NCBI GenBank assembly: GCA_963713955.1
Contig: OY970216.1
Coordinates: forward strand, 506,252-570,251
Length of the DNA stretch: 64,000 nucleotides
Reading direction: 5' to 3'
Source of the DNA: an uncultured bacterium
Lineage (GTDB): Bacteria > Patescibacteriota > Minisyncoccia > UBA6257 > GWB1-50-10
Shown: positions 53,442 to 62,042 of the stretch, piece after piece
Layout: the number at the start of each line of letters is the position of its first letter
Numbering within the stretch: the first letter of the stretch is position 1
Notes under the pieces: generated by a model
The model's input: only the letters and a program-made list of their open reading frames with translations
What the model was told of the DNA's origin: nothing
Database searches by the model: none
Program-made: the position numbers and the translations under genes

Positions 53442-54584
53442 ATGAGGATATTCGTGGACATCCGCCCCCTCTCCGCAAAAATCATTTCCGGCATCCCGGA
53501 ATACACCAGATTTTTGGTGAAGGGCCTCACGGAAAATTATCCGAACGAAGAATATTTGTTCTTTGCGAACAAATTCGGCAAGCAAACGGATCCCTTCCTT
53601 CCGGACAAAAGCCCGTCGGGGAGAATCGTAGATTACGGGATACCCAACAAGATATGGGACGCAACCAATCGTTTCTTGAATCTGCCGAAGATAGACAAGC
53701 TTGTCAAGGCCGATGTGTACCTCAGTTCCCACATAGACATCTTATCGTTCAAGAACCCCCAAAAGCACGTCATGACCATCCACGATCTCTCCTTCGTTTT
53801 CTACAAAGAACTCTTCACCTGGGAAAAAAACTTCTGGCACTGGCGGCAGAACTACGAAAAGCAAATCAGGGAAGCGGGCCGGATCGTGGCCGTGTCGGAA
53901 TTCACGCGACAAACTATCATGGACCACTTCCGCGTCGACGGAAGAAAGGTTATCCGCATCTACCCGGGCGTGAATCCATTCTACCAAAGGCTCGCACGGA
54001 ACGACGAAAATCTCGCGAAGTTTCGGAAAGACAAAAACCTCGATCGTCCTTTCATTCTCCACGTGGGAACGCTCGAACCGCGCAAGAACGCCATCGGGGT
54101 TATCAGAGCCTTCAACCTCATCAAGGAGAAAAAGCAATTCAGCGAATTGAAATTGGTGCTCGTAGGCGCCCGAGGGTGGCTCTTCGAGAAGGTGCTCTCC
54201 GAAGCCGAACGCTCGCCCGTAAGAGAAGACATTTTGTTTTGGGGGAGAGCCACGGAACAAGAACTCCTCTCTCTTTACAACCTCGCATCCGCGTTCGTTT
54301 ACCCGTCTTTCTTCGAGGGTTTCGCTTTTCCCTGCCTCGAAGCCCAAACTTGCGGCACGCCCGTCGTCGCTTCCGACCGGGGACCCCTGCCCGAAGTTCT
54401 CGGGAAAAGCGCCATCACCGTAAACCCGTGGAAAGTCCACGAGATTAAGATGGCAATGGAAACCGTTTTATCGCACAATAAGAAAAGGGAAGAGCTCTCG
54501 GAAGCCGGTCTCAAAAACGCGAAAAGATTCAGCTGGACCGAGACGGTCCGAAAAATCATGGAAACCCTTAAAGAAACGCTCTGA
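53442..54584 (+). CDS. Glycosyltransferase family 4 (GT-B)
   Basis: LHVGTLEPRKN, FEGFAFPCLEAQTCGTPVVASDRGPLPEV. Confidence 0.8.
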   Translation: MRIFVDIRPLSAKIISGIPEYTRFLVKGLTENYPNEEYLFFANKFGKQTDPFLPDKSPSGRIVDYGIPNKIWDATNRFLNLPKIDKLVKADVYLSSHIDILSFKNPQKHVMTIHDLSFVFYKELFTWEKNFWHWRQNYEKQIREAGRIVAVSEFTRQTIMDHFRVDGRKVIRIYPGVNPFYQRLARNDENLAKFRKDKNLDRPFILHVGTLEPRKNAIGVIRAFNLIKEKKQFSELKLVLVGARGWLFEKVLSEAERSPVREDILFWGRATEQELLSLYNLASAFVYPSFFEGFAFPCLEAQTCGTPVVASDRGPLPEVLGKSAITVNPWKVHEIKMAMETVLSHNKKREELSEAGLKNAKRFSWTETVRKIMETLKETL

Positions 54585-54587
54585 TTT

Positions 54588-56696
54588 ATGTCCAAAAAAA
54601 CGGTTCCCAAAAACAACATAGACCCGATCATCGTTGACATCAAAAAACCCAATTTCAACTACGAGCATCTCCGCAAATTCGAGACGGTAAACCTGACCAA
54701 GATTCCCCAAAAAAACGGGAGCCCGATCGCGATCGTAAGGAAGGTGCTCTTGTGGACGTTCCTCGTCGGCATGGCGGGAATCTTGTCTCTCGCGGCGGTA
54801 ACCTTTGCAAACATACGACAGATGAAATCGACTATCTCCCAGAGCGGATCTGAGATAGCCCAGAATTTCAATTCTTCCGTCGGCGCCCTCAAGAATTTAG
54901 AGCCGGCAGCGGCCGCGTCGTACCTGGAACAAAACTCGAAATCGCTCGCTAACATCAACGACCTGGTCCAAAAAAGTTTCGGGCAAACGCTCCTCGACAC
55001 CGTGAGCAACGTCGTGCCGATATTCAAACAATCATTCGGGTTGATAGGCCAGGTGTCGGATCTGAATCTCAAATTCCTGGAACTCACGAATACGCTGAGT
55101 GACCTGCAGAAAAACGGCTTCGCATACTTCACGAGCAACGGACCGGCGCTCATCACTTCACTTCAAAAAATCCATACTACCGTCCAAGACCTCAACGCCG
55201 ACGCCGAAAGCATAAAAAACGCGACGTCGTATCTCAAAAACATGTCTAGCTTTTTCAGCAATCTGGACCAGGGCGTGGGTAATCAGTATCTCAAATACAG
55301 TTCCGAACTCTACGGCTGGGATAACGTGCTCGTGAGTCTCACGGATTTCTTGAATTCGCCGACGCCGCGACACCTCATCGTAACGTTCCAGAATCCCTCC
55401 GAAATAAGGCCCGGCGGCGGGTTCATCGGGAGCTACGCGGACATTTCCATTCAAAACGGGCAGATGCAAAACATGGACGTCCGGGACATCTACGATCCGG
55501 ACGGGCAGCTCACTCTCAAAATAGTGCCGCCGGAAGAGCTGCAGGCCACGACGCCGAACTGGGGTGCCAGGGACTCAAACTGGTTCTTTGATTTTCCGAC
55601 GTCGGCCAAGACAACCCTTAACTTCTTGAACGCCTCGAAGATGTACTCGGAGAAGGGCATAACGTTCGACGCTCTCATAGCCATAAACGTGAACGTGGTG
55701 AACTCTCTTCTTGATGCGACGGGGCCGATAAATGTACCGGGATACGGGATCGTAAATTCCTCCAATCTCCTGGAAGAAGTCCAAAAAGAAACCGAAACCG
55801 GCGCAGATAAGGCAGCCGGCCAACCCAAAAAGATATTGCAGGTATTGGCCCCCCTTCTCGAGGAAAAGCTCAAGAACCTCACCCCGGAAGGAAGCAACAC
55901 TCTCATAAACGCAATGGAGAGCCGTCTGAACGACAAGGATATCATGATGTATGCAACCGATCCGGTCATAGAAAGTTTTCTTGACTCCAACGACCTCGAT
56001 GGATCGGTGTACCAGTTGCCCGAAGGTTTCTGGGGGAATTACCTCGCTGTCGTGAACGCCAACGTCGCCGGAGGGAAAAGCGACGCCTTCATCGACGAAT
56101 CGGTGAACGCCAAAATAGACATGGACACGAACGGCAATACGTTTTCGGACGTGACCGTTACGAGAACCCATAACGGTAACACGCAACAGGATCCCTGGTG
56201 GAAGGCTAAGAACAATGATTTCCTTCAAGTATTCACGGAACCGAATTCCAGCCTCGTCGACGTCGCGGGAAACGACGTAAGACCGAAGTACAATACGCTC
56301 GACTATGCAAATTCCAATTACGCCATCAACCCCGATCTCGCCGCAATCGAGGACGGGGAGGTATTCCTTTCCAACTTCAACGCTTGGCAGAGGGAAGAAT
56401 TCGGTAAAAACGTTTTCGGAACATGGCTCGTCACCAATGCCGGGGAAAGCAAGACGCTTACGATAAGATACCAATCCCATTACAACAGCGTGAAAGCGCT
56501 GCTTCCGGGACAAACTTACACCTTCGTTTTCGAAAGGCAGTCCGGCGTTCAAAACTCGCTTGATTTGACCATAAACGCACCCTTCAAATATTATTGGGTG
56601 GAATCCAACTCGCCGGTATTCACGTATCACACCGACGATCCGGACAAAAGAATAACCATAACCCTGACGCTGGGGTATGAGAATACAAACCAATAA
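54588..56696 (+). CDS. DUF4012-domain membrane-anchored protein (polysaccharide-cluster associated)
   Basis: N-terminal TM (LLWTFLVGMAGILSLAAV). Hallmark NPSEIRPGGGFIGSYA. 702 aa. Confidence 0.65.
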   Translation: MSKKTVPKNNIDPIIVDIKKPNFNYEHLRKFETVNLTKIPQKNGSPIAIVRKVLLWTFLVGMAGILSLAAVTFANIRQMKSTISQSGSEIAQNFNSSVGALKNLEPAAAASYLEQNSKSLANINDLVQKSFGQTLLDTVSNVVPIFKQSFGLIGQVSDLNLKFLELTNTLSDLQKNGFAYFTSNGPALITSLQKIHTTVQDLNADAESIKNATSYLKNMSSFFSNLDQGVGNQYLKYSSELYGWDNVLVSLTDFLNSPTPRHLIVTFQNPSEIRPGGGFIGSYADISIQNGQMQNMDVRDIYDPDGQLTLKIVPPEELQATTPNWGARDSNWFFDFPTSAKTTLNFLNASKMYSEKGITFDALIAINVNVVNSLLDATGPINVPGYGIVNSSNLLEEVQKETETGADKAAGQPKKILQVLAPLLEEKLKNLTPEGSNTLINAMESRLNDKDIMMYATDPVIESFLDSNDLDGSVYQLPEGFWGNYLAVVNANVAGGKSDAFIDESVNAKIDMDTNGNTFSDVTVTRTHNGNTQQDPWWKAKNNDFLQVFTEPNSSLVDVAGNDVRPKYNTLDYANSNYAINPDLAAIEDGEVFLSNFNAWQREEFGKNVFGTWLVTNAGESKTLTIRYQSHYNSVKALLPGQTYTFVFERQSGVQNSLDLTINAPFKYYWVESNSPVFTYHTDDPDKRITITLTLGYENTNQ

Positions 56697-56785
56697 TGAA
56701 CCAAAAAGACATAAGAAATTTTTGCATTATCGCCCAAATCGACGTCGCGACTCGCTATACAGCAAGTCGCTCCCACGAATTATAA
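56696..56785 (+). other. 29-codon ORF / partial duplicate of the lepA 5' end (MNQKDIRNFCIIAQIDV... compared with LepA MDIKNIRNFCIIAHIDH)
   Basis: About 33 nt are 80% identical to lepA positions 56804-56840. It overlaps the DUF4012 stop (TAATG). Confidence 0.4.
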
Positions 56786-56797
56786 CTTTAATCAAAT

Positions 56798-58726
56798 ATG
56801 GATATAAAAAATATCAGGAATTTTTGCATTATCGCGCACATTGACCACGGGAAAAGCACGCTCGCCGATCGTTTCTTGGAAATTACCGGAACGGTGGACG
56901 CACGACACATGCACGCCCAGTACCTCGACCAGCTTGAGCTTGAAAGGGAAAGAGGAATAACCATAAAAATGGCCCCCGTTCGCATGTCTTATACCCTAAA
57001 CGCTACTCCCTATACCCTCAACCTGATTGACACGCCGGGTCACTCCGACTTTTCATACGAGGTTTCCCGCGCTCTCCAAGCCGTCGAGGGGGGCATCCTT
57101 CTCGTTGACGCGACGCAAGGTATCCAAGCCCAGACGTTATCGAACTTCCGATCGGCCAAAAACGCCGGCCTCACCTTGATCGGCGCCATAAACAAAATCG
57201 ACGTTTTCAAGGATAAAAACGATCCTATCCTCGTCGAATTGAAAAAAGAAACAGCAAATCTCATCGGAACCGACGAAAAAGAAATATTCATGGTGTCGGC
57301 GAAAACCGGCGAAGGCGTCAAAGAGCTTCTCGACGCAGTTATCTCCCATATACCATCACCTAAAGGCACACGCCATTTGTTTGAGAGAAGTGTCTCGGAG
57401 GCCGAGCGGGCACGGTTGCCCGGAGGGCAGAGCGAGGCCGAGAGTCAAGCGGGTGAGCGAGACGCTGGCGAGCGAAACCCCGTCTTCTCGAAAACAAATG
57501 ACGTGGGACGCGCTCTCATTTTCGATTCCTTCTACGACGACCACAAGGGTATCGTGACTTCCGTTCGAGTATTCGATGGAAAATTCCAGAGAGAAGACGC
57601 AGTCGTCCTGGCAGTCAATAACACCGACTTCAAGATAAAAGAAGTTGGATATTTCACGCCCCAGATCAAACCGGGAGAAAGTATCGGAGCCGGCGAGATC
57701 GGGTATATCGCGACGGGCATCAAAGACACGAGCAAAGTGAAAATCGGCGATACTATCATTAATTCGAAATTTGAAATTCGAAATTTGAAATTACTGGCAT
57801 TGCCAGGATATAGGGAGCCGAATCCCGTGGTCTTCGTTTCCTTCTACCCCGAAGACGCGAACGACCACGACAGCCTCAAAAAGGGATTAGAGAGACTCCA
57901 CCTGAACGACTCGTCCCTGAAAATCGAGCTGGACCAAAACGAAATACTGGGGCGCGGTTTCAAAGTCGGATTTCTCGGGAAACTCCACTTCGAGATAACG
58001 GCAGAGCGTCTGGAACGGGAATTCAACGTGAGAGTCGTAAGCACGTTCCCTTCGGTCATCTACAAAATCAAATCAAAGGGACATATGAGTTTCATAACCA
58101 AACCCGAAGATCTGCCGGAAGGAGTGGAGGAAATATGGGAACCAACGGTTAACATCAATATTCTTACTCCTCCCGACTACTTGCGAAACATCTTGCCGTT
58201 CCAGAGAACCTTTCGCATGGAGGGTCTCACGACGAAAACGGTCGGCACGGCGATCGAAATCGACGCCGTAATGCCGCTTTCGGAATTGATAAGCGACTTC
58301 GACGATCAGCTGAAATCGGCGACGTCGGGCTACGCTTCATTCAGTTACGAGTTTAAAGATTACGAGAAGGCAGACATCGTGAAAGTCGACAGTTTCGTCG
58401 CGGGAGAGATCGTGCCCGGTCTCTCCCGGTTCTTCCCGCGGGAGACAGTCGAGCGGGAGGCGCGGAAGATGGTCGAGAAACTGAAAATCACCCTTCCCAA
58501 GCAGCAATTTGCCCAAGCGATACAAGCAAAAATAAGCGGTAAGGTTATAGCGAGGGAAGACGTCCCCGCTTTGCGGAAAGAGCTCGGCAACTTCGGGAAA
58601 AACGGCGGCGACCGGACGAGAAAAATGAAACTCTGGGCTAAGCAGAAAAGGGGAAAGGAAAAACTGAAGGAGATGGGGAGGGTCAGAATCGCACCGGAGA
58701 TTTTCAAGGAACTCATCAAGAAATAG
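56798..58726 (+). CDS. lepA: Translation elongation factor 4 (LepA) with a ~40-aa low-complexity insertion
   Basis: G-domain AHIDHGKSTLADR, DTPGH, NKID. LepA-specific C-terminal domain. The insertion ERSVSEAERARLPGGQSEAESQAGERDAGERNPVFSKTND comes after the G domain. Confidence 0.9.
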   Translation: MDIKNIRNFCIIAHIDHGKSTLADRFLEITGTVDARHMHAQYLDQLELERERGITIKMAPVRMSYTLNATPYTLNLIDTPGHSDFSYEVSRALQAVEGGILLVDATQGIQAQTLSNFRSAKNAGLTLIGAINKIDVFKDKNDPILVELKKETANLIGTDEKEIFMVSAKTGEGVKELLDAVISHIPSPKGTRHLFERSVSEAERARLPGGQSEAESQAGERDAGERNPVFSKTNDVGRALIFDSFYDDHKGIVTSVRVFDGKFQREDAVVLAVNNTDFKIKEVGYFTPQIKPGESIGAGEIGYIATGIKDTSKVKIGDTIINSKFEIRNLKLLALPGYREPNPVVFVSFYPEDANDHDSLKKGLERLHLNDSSLKIELDQNEILGRGFKVGFLGKLHFEITAERLEREFNVRVVSTFPSVIYKIKSKGHMSFITKPEDLPEGVEEIWEPTVNINILTPPDYLRNILPFQRTFRMEGLTTKTVGTAIEIDAVMPLSELISDFDDQLKSATSGYASFSYEFKDYEKADIVKVDSFVAGEIVPGLSRFFPRETVEREARKMVEKLKITLPKQQFAQAIQAKISGKVIAREDVPALRKELGNFGKNGGDRTRKMKLWAKQKRGKEKLKEMGRVRIAPEIFKELIKK

Positions 58727-58967
58727 GCCAAGGCGAGAGTTACCTTTTGAGAAGCAAAAATGCCCTTGAACGATTTGCCCGAGGTTGTTTCAAAATCCCT
58801 GAGCTCTGAGAAAGGAATGAGCAAAATATCGCTGTTTGAGTCCCTTCAGGTCGAGTTCGATATTTTGCGGCTTGATTCCAACGAAGAGTGAGGAGGATTT
58901 TGATAACCGAGGGTTTTAGTGAGAGGGCACTTTTACTTCTCAAATAAAAAAGATAGAATAGGGGGTA

Positions 58968-59270
58968 ATGAAGTACTGGAAGGGAATCGTCTTTTTGGTA
59001 GTCTTCGGCGTCGTCGGCTGGGGGCTCGTAAGTTTGTATAGTTCCAGAAACGAAGCGGTCCAGAAAGCGGCGACGCTGAAGGGTAATCTCGATAAGGTTC
59101 AATCGGAGAACCAAGCTTTGGCATCGCAGCTCGAATACTTCCAAAAACCGGAAAATCTTCTCAAGGAACTGAAGGAGCAGACAACCTATAAAAACCCCGG
59201 GGAAAAAGTTATAATAGTCGTGCCCGGCGTAACAAGCACAACGAGCACGACATCCGCCAAAAGCCCATAA
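58968..59270 (+). CDS. Septum-formation initiator (FtsB/DivIC-like): TM + coiled coil + Thr/Ser-rich tail
   Basis: MKYWKGIVFLVVFGVVGWGLVSLY followed by a leucine-zipper-like region (LKGNLDKVQSENQALASQLEYF). Confidence 0.45.
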   Translation: MKYWKGIVFLVVFGVVGWGLVSLYSSRNEAVQKAATLKGNLDKVQSENQALASQLEYFQKPENLLKELKEQTTYKNPGEKVIIVVPGVTSTTSTTSAKSP

Positions 59271-59327
59271 GGGCATTTAGGCGGACCCGCCACAATGCGA
59301 AGCTTTGGGCGGGACAAGCGCACCAAA

Positions 59328-59606
59328 ATGTTCTATACCTATATCCTTCTGTGTTCAAGTAGTAAGACACCGAGAAAAATATTCTACGTCGGATCATCCG
59401 ATGACCTGAAAAGAAGATTCGACGAGCATAGAAGAGGTAAGGTGAAAACTACGAAAATATTTGATAAGATATTTTTGGTGTATTACGAAGCTTGCAGGAA
59501 TAAGACCGATGCCAGAAAAAGAGAGTTGCAGCTAAAAACCGGGTTCGGCAGAGGATACATCAACAAAAGGATAGCGACAGATCTAAGTAGGGCGGGATTC
59601 GTATAG
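59328..59606 (+). CDS. GIY-YIG nuclease-family small protein (UPF0213/YhbQ-like)
   Basis: FYTYILLC...YVGSSDDLKRRFDEHRRG is the GIY-YIG motif pair. The stop lies within the 5' acceptor region of the outer tRNA-Gly. Confidence 0.65.
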   Translation: MFYTYILLCSSSKTPRKIFYVGSSDDLKRRFDEHRRGKVKTTKIFDKIFLVYYEACRNKTDARKRELQLKTGFGRGYINKRIATDLSRAGFV

Positions 59607-59630
59607 TGGCAGTACGCTTGCTTCCCAAGC
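59592..59630 (+). tRNA. tRNA-Gly (anticodon CCC) 5' portion of a split gene (positions 1-40)
   Basis: Acceptor GCGGGAT, D stem GTAT/GTAC with loop AGTGGCA, anticodon stem CTTGC, loop TTCCCAA, then GC. The remainder is found at 59774-59805 after a 138-bp insertion. Confidence 0.6.
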
Positions 59631-59768
59631 CCCGTACAATAACAACGATCAAAGTTACTTGCGAGCATGGTTTAGTGGCAGAATGCGACCTTCCCAAGGT
59701 TGAGACGGGGGTTCGATTCCCCCTACTCGCACAAATTATCACAAGCAATCGTTGTTATTGTAACAGGG
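59631..59768 (+). mobile_element. 138-bp MITE-like insertion carrying a complete tRNA-Gly(CCC). Terminal inverted repeats CCCGTACAATAACAACGAT / ATCGTTGTTATTGTAACAGGG. A 5-bp direct repeat CAAGC flanks it (59626-59630 and 59769-59773)
   Basis: The TIRs abut the direct repeats exactly. Removing the element and one CAAGC copy restores a canonical tRNA-Gly cloverleaf. Confidence 0.55.
59661..59731 (+). tRNA. tRNA-Gly (anticodon CCC), inner copy carried by the insertion
   Basis: GCGAGCA/TACTCGC acceptor (one C-A mismatch), GTTT/GAAT D stem (wobbles), CGACC-TTCCCAA-GGTTG anticodon arm, GGGGG-TTCGATT-CCCCC T arm. 71 nt. Its sequence is unrelated to the outer copy outside conserved positions. Confidence 0.65.
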
Positions 59769-59773
59769 CAAGC

Positions 59774-59805
59774 AAGACGCACCGGTTCGATCCCGGTATC
59801 CCGCA
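59774..59805 (+). tRNA. tRNA-Gly (CCC) 3' portion of the split gene (AAG completing the anticodon stem, variable ACGC, T arm ACCGG-TTCGATC-CCGGT, acceptor ATCCCGC, discriminator A)
   Basis: All four stems of the joined outer tRNA are perfectly Watson-Crick or G-U paired. Confidence 0.6.
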
Positions 59806-59830
59806 TCAAAGTTGACTAATTAGTACGATC

Positions 59831-60316
59831 ATGAACGATCTAGATTTACTGAAGCGAGATTTACTATTGGAAACACAAAGGTGTATAGATCTTTTTAATT
59901 CCCAAGTTTTCACTAACCATCAAATTTTCACCCAATCCGCTTTTATCGAAATTTTGATCCGTTTAAATGACATCCTCCAAGTGTTAAGCGAAAAGAGTAG
60001 CAGGATAATCTGGCGAGACGATGTCCAAATTAACGACCGCATCAAGGATATCACAGACTTGGTAAATAATTTACGTAACGCTGCTTGTCACATTGATAGT
60101 CCAGAAAACTACATAAGCAATTCTAAGGTGAAGTTTGTTTTCAATACTTTTACTGGAAAATGCCCAAACGCATTTGAGATTGGAGAGAATATTTCGTTAG
60201 GCAACGAATACGAAGATGATGCAGCTTTTTATTATGGAGATAAAAGGATTTATCTAAGCAGACATATTAAACGACTCTTAGAGGAATTACCCGACAAAAT
60301 TAAAAATCTAGGATAA
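59831..60316 (+). CDS. AT-rich hypothetical protein with HEPN-like Rx4H motif (possible Abi/toxin-type RNase)
   Basis: 161 aa. LRNAACHIDSPEN contains R-x4-H. Strongly AT-rich relative to its surroundings. Adjacent to an XRE regulator and an IS element. Confidence 0.35.
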   Translation: MNDLDLLKRDLLLETQRCIDLFNSQVFTNHQIFTQSAFIEILIRLNDILQVLSEKSSRIIWRDDVQINDRIKDITDLVNNLRNAACHIDSPENYISNSKVKFVFNTFTGKCPNAFEIGENISLGNEYEDDAAFYYGDKRIYLSRHIKRLLEELPDKIKNLG

Positions 60317-60498
60317 GTTTCCTTCTTCCACCGTTCCTTATTTTATCAACTTGCTCTTGAAAAAAGTTCTAACGTCATTCACTAGGGTTGTTGACTATAT
60401 AGTCCACCTCTGAAAAGAGGTGATATTTCTTATTCAAAACTAGTATTAGGCTAGTAATCCCTGTCTAAATTGCTTCTCCCGTCAACTTTACCCTCCTT

Positions 60499-60783
60499 AT
60501 GGACATGCCTCATGGTCCGTACCATGATCGTATGGACTATCAAAGATATAGGAGCATACCCAACAAGCTCAGAGATTACCGTAAAGCCAGGAATCTAACT
60601 CAGGAACAGGTAGCCTCAGCCCTCAACCTCAAGAACAAAACCCTCATAGCGAGATGGGAGAGACAAAGGTCTATACCAAATCTCATTACTGCCTTCCGGC
60701 TTTCTGCTCTGTATCAGGTTTCGGTGGATGAACTGTTCCATGAAACAGCAGACAAAGTCAGGGAGGAGATAAAAAGGGGATAA
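60499..60783 (+). CDS. XRE-family helix-turn-helix transcriptional regulator
   Basis: LRDYRKARNLTQEQVASALNLKNKTLIARWERQRSIPNLITAFRLSALYQVSVDELF, the HTH_3/Cro-C1 pattern. Confidence 0.6.
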   Translation: MDMPHGPYHDRMDYQRYRSIPNKLRDYRKARNLTQEQVASALNLKNKTLIARWERQRSIPNLITAFRLSALYQVSVDELFHETADKVREEIKRG

Positions 60784-60873
60784 GCGCCTCCAACCTTTCA
60801 GATCATGCCGTAGCCGATTGGCCTGACCCCCATATATTAGACACAAAGGTCGAAGTCAATATACCCTTGTGTC

Positions 60874-61131
60874 ATGAAGAAAACATATCGCACCGCTCCC
60901 GAGGTGAAGGAGCAGATATTGAAGAGAATCAAGGAGGAAGGGATCCCGGTCGTCCAGGCCGCCAAGGAACACGGTCTGAATCCCGCCACCATATACAACT
61001 GGCTGGGAAGGGGCGTGAAAGGCACCCCCACGATCGGTGAACTCGTCCGCCTCAAGCGCCAGAACGAAGAGCTCCTCGCCCTCGTGGGCGAGCTCACCCT
61101 GGCCTCCTCACGCACTCAAAAAAAGCGTTGA
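60874..61131 (+). CDS. IS3-family transposase OrfA (HTH)
   Basis: YRTAPEVKEQILKRIKEEGIPVVQAAKEHGLNPATIYNWL, leucine-zipper-like C-terminus. Confidence 0.75.
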   Translation: MKKTYRTAPEVKEQILKRIKEEGIPVVQAAKEHGLNPATIYNWLGRGVKGTPTIGELVRLKRQNEELLALVGELTLASSRTQKKR

Positions 61132-61937
61132 TCAAAAAGCAGAAGAAGACGAAGTGGGAACTTGCCCGTGAACTCGGCCTCTCCCGCGCCTCCCTCTACT
61201 ATGTCTCGAAACAATCGCCCAAGGATTGGTCGCTCAAGGAAAGGATCATATCAGTCTTGAGAGACCATCCTTCATACGGCTTCAGAAGAGTGGCTTTGGA
61301 GCTCAAGATCAACAAAAAAAGAGCCCAACGGGTGATGAGGCTCTTCGGGATGAAGGCATATCGGAGAAGGGGCAGAAGGCCAAGGAAAACGGGCTTCTCG
61401 AGTATCCTGTATCCCAATCTCCTTCAGAAGAACTTCCCCAAAGGATTGAACGATATCTGGGTGGCGGACTTCACGTACATCCCGTACCAAGGGAAGTTCC
61501 TGTATCTCGCCACCGTGATGGATTTGTTTGCGAGGGAGATCGTGGGCTGGGCCGTGATGAATACCCACTCGGTGCCTCTGGTCCTCCAGGCACTCTTCTC
61601 CGCGGCGGAACATCATCCGAGACCCAACATCTTCCACTCGGACAACGGAAGGGAGTATGGCTCAAGGATCTTCACCGGAGCTCTTTTGAACCTCGGCGTC
61701 AGGATATCGAGATCGAGGAAGTCATCGCCATGGGAGAACGGCTACCAGGAGTCCTTCTACTCCCAGTTCAAGGTGGATCTGGGCGATCCGGAGAGGTTCA
61801 AATCGCTGGGAGAGCTGGTCTACGAGATCCATCGCCTGGTCTGGGACTACAACCACCGGAGAATCCACTCCGCCCTCAGGATGCCGCCTGCACTGTTCTC
61901 GAATCGCTACCAGAAACTTGTCGAAAAAGTGTCTTAA
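61128..61937 (+). CDS. IS3-family transposase OrfB (DDE integrase core), expressed as an OrfAB fusion by -1 frameshift
   Basis: DIWVADFTYIP (D), HSDNGREY (D), SSPWENGYQESFYSQFK (E), the rve integrase core. It is in the -1 frame relative to orfA. Confidence 0.8.
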   Translation: MIKKQKKTKWELARELGLSRASLYYVSKQSPKDWSLKERIISVLRDHPSYGFRRVALELKINKKRAQRVMRLFGMKAYRRRGRRPRKTGFSSILYPNLLQKNFPKGLNDIWVADFTYIPYQGKFLYLATVMDLFAREIVGWAVMNTHSVPLVLQALFSAAEHHPRPNIFHSDNGREYGSRIFTGALLNLGVRISRSRKSSPWENGYQESFYSQFKVDLGDPERFKSLGELVYEIHRLVWDYNHRRIHSALRMPPALFSNRYQKLVEKVS

Positions 61938-62042
61938 CTTTGGGGGTCTTTACAATGGGGCGATGAAGCGATTTCGATCAATGTTGGTTTTGACGAAAAC
62001 GGAAAACCGATATTCCTCTCCGAAGAGATAGGAGGAGGCGCA

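Larger units (their letters stand above)
60819..61960 (+). mobile_element. IS3-family insertion sequence (orfA + orfB with -1 frameshift site). Ends approximate
   Basis: Imperfect terminal inverted repeats TGACCCCCATATATTAGACA (left) and its counterpart TGTCTTAACTTTGGGGGTCT (right). Internal orfA/orfB overlap with slippery heptamer A_AAA_AAG at 61119-61125. Confidence 0.75.
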
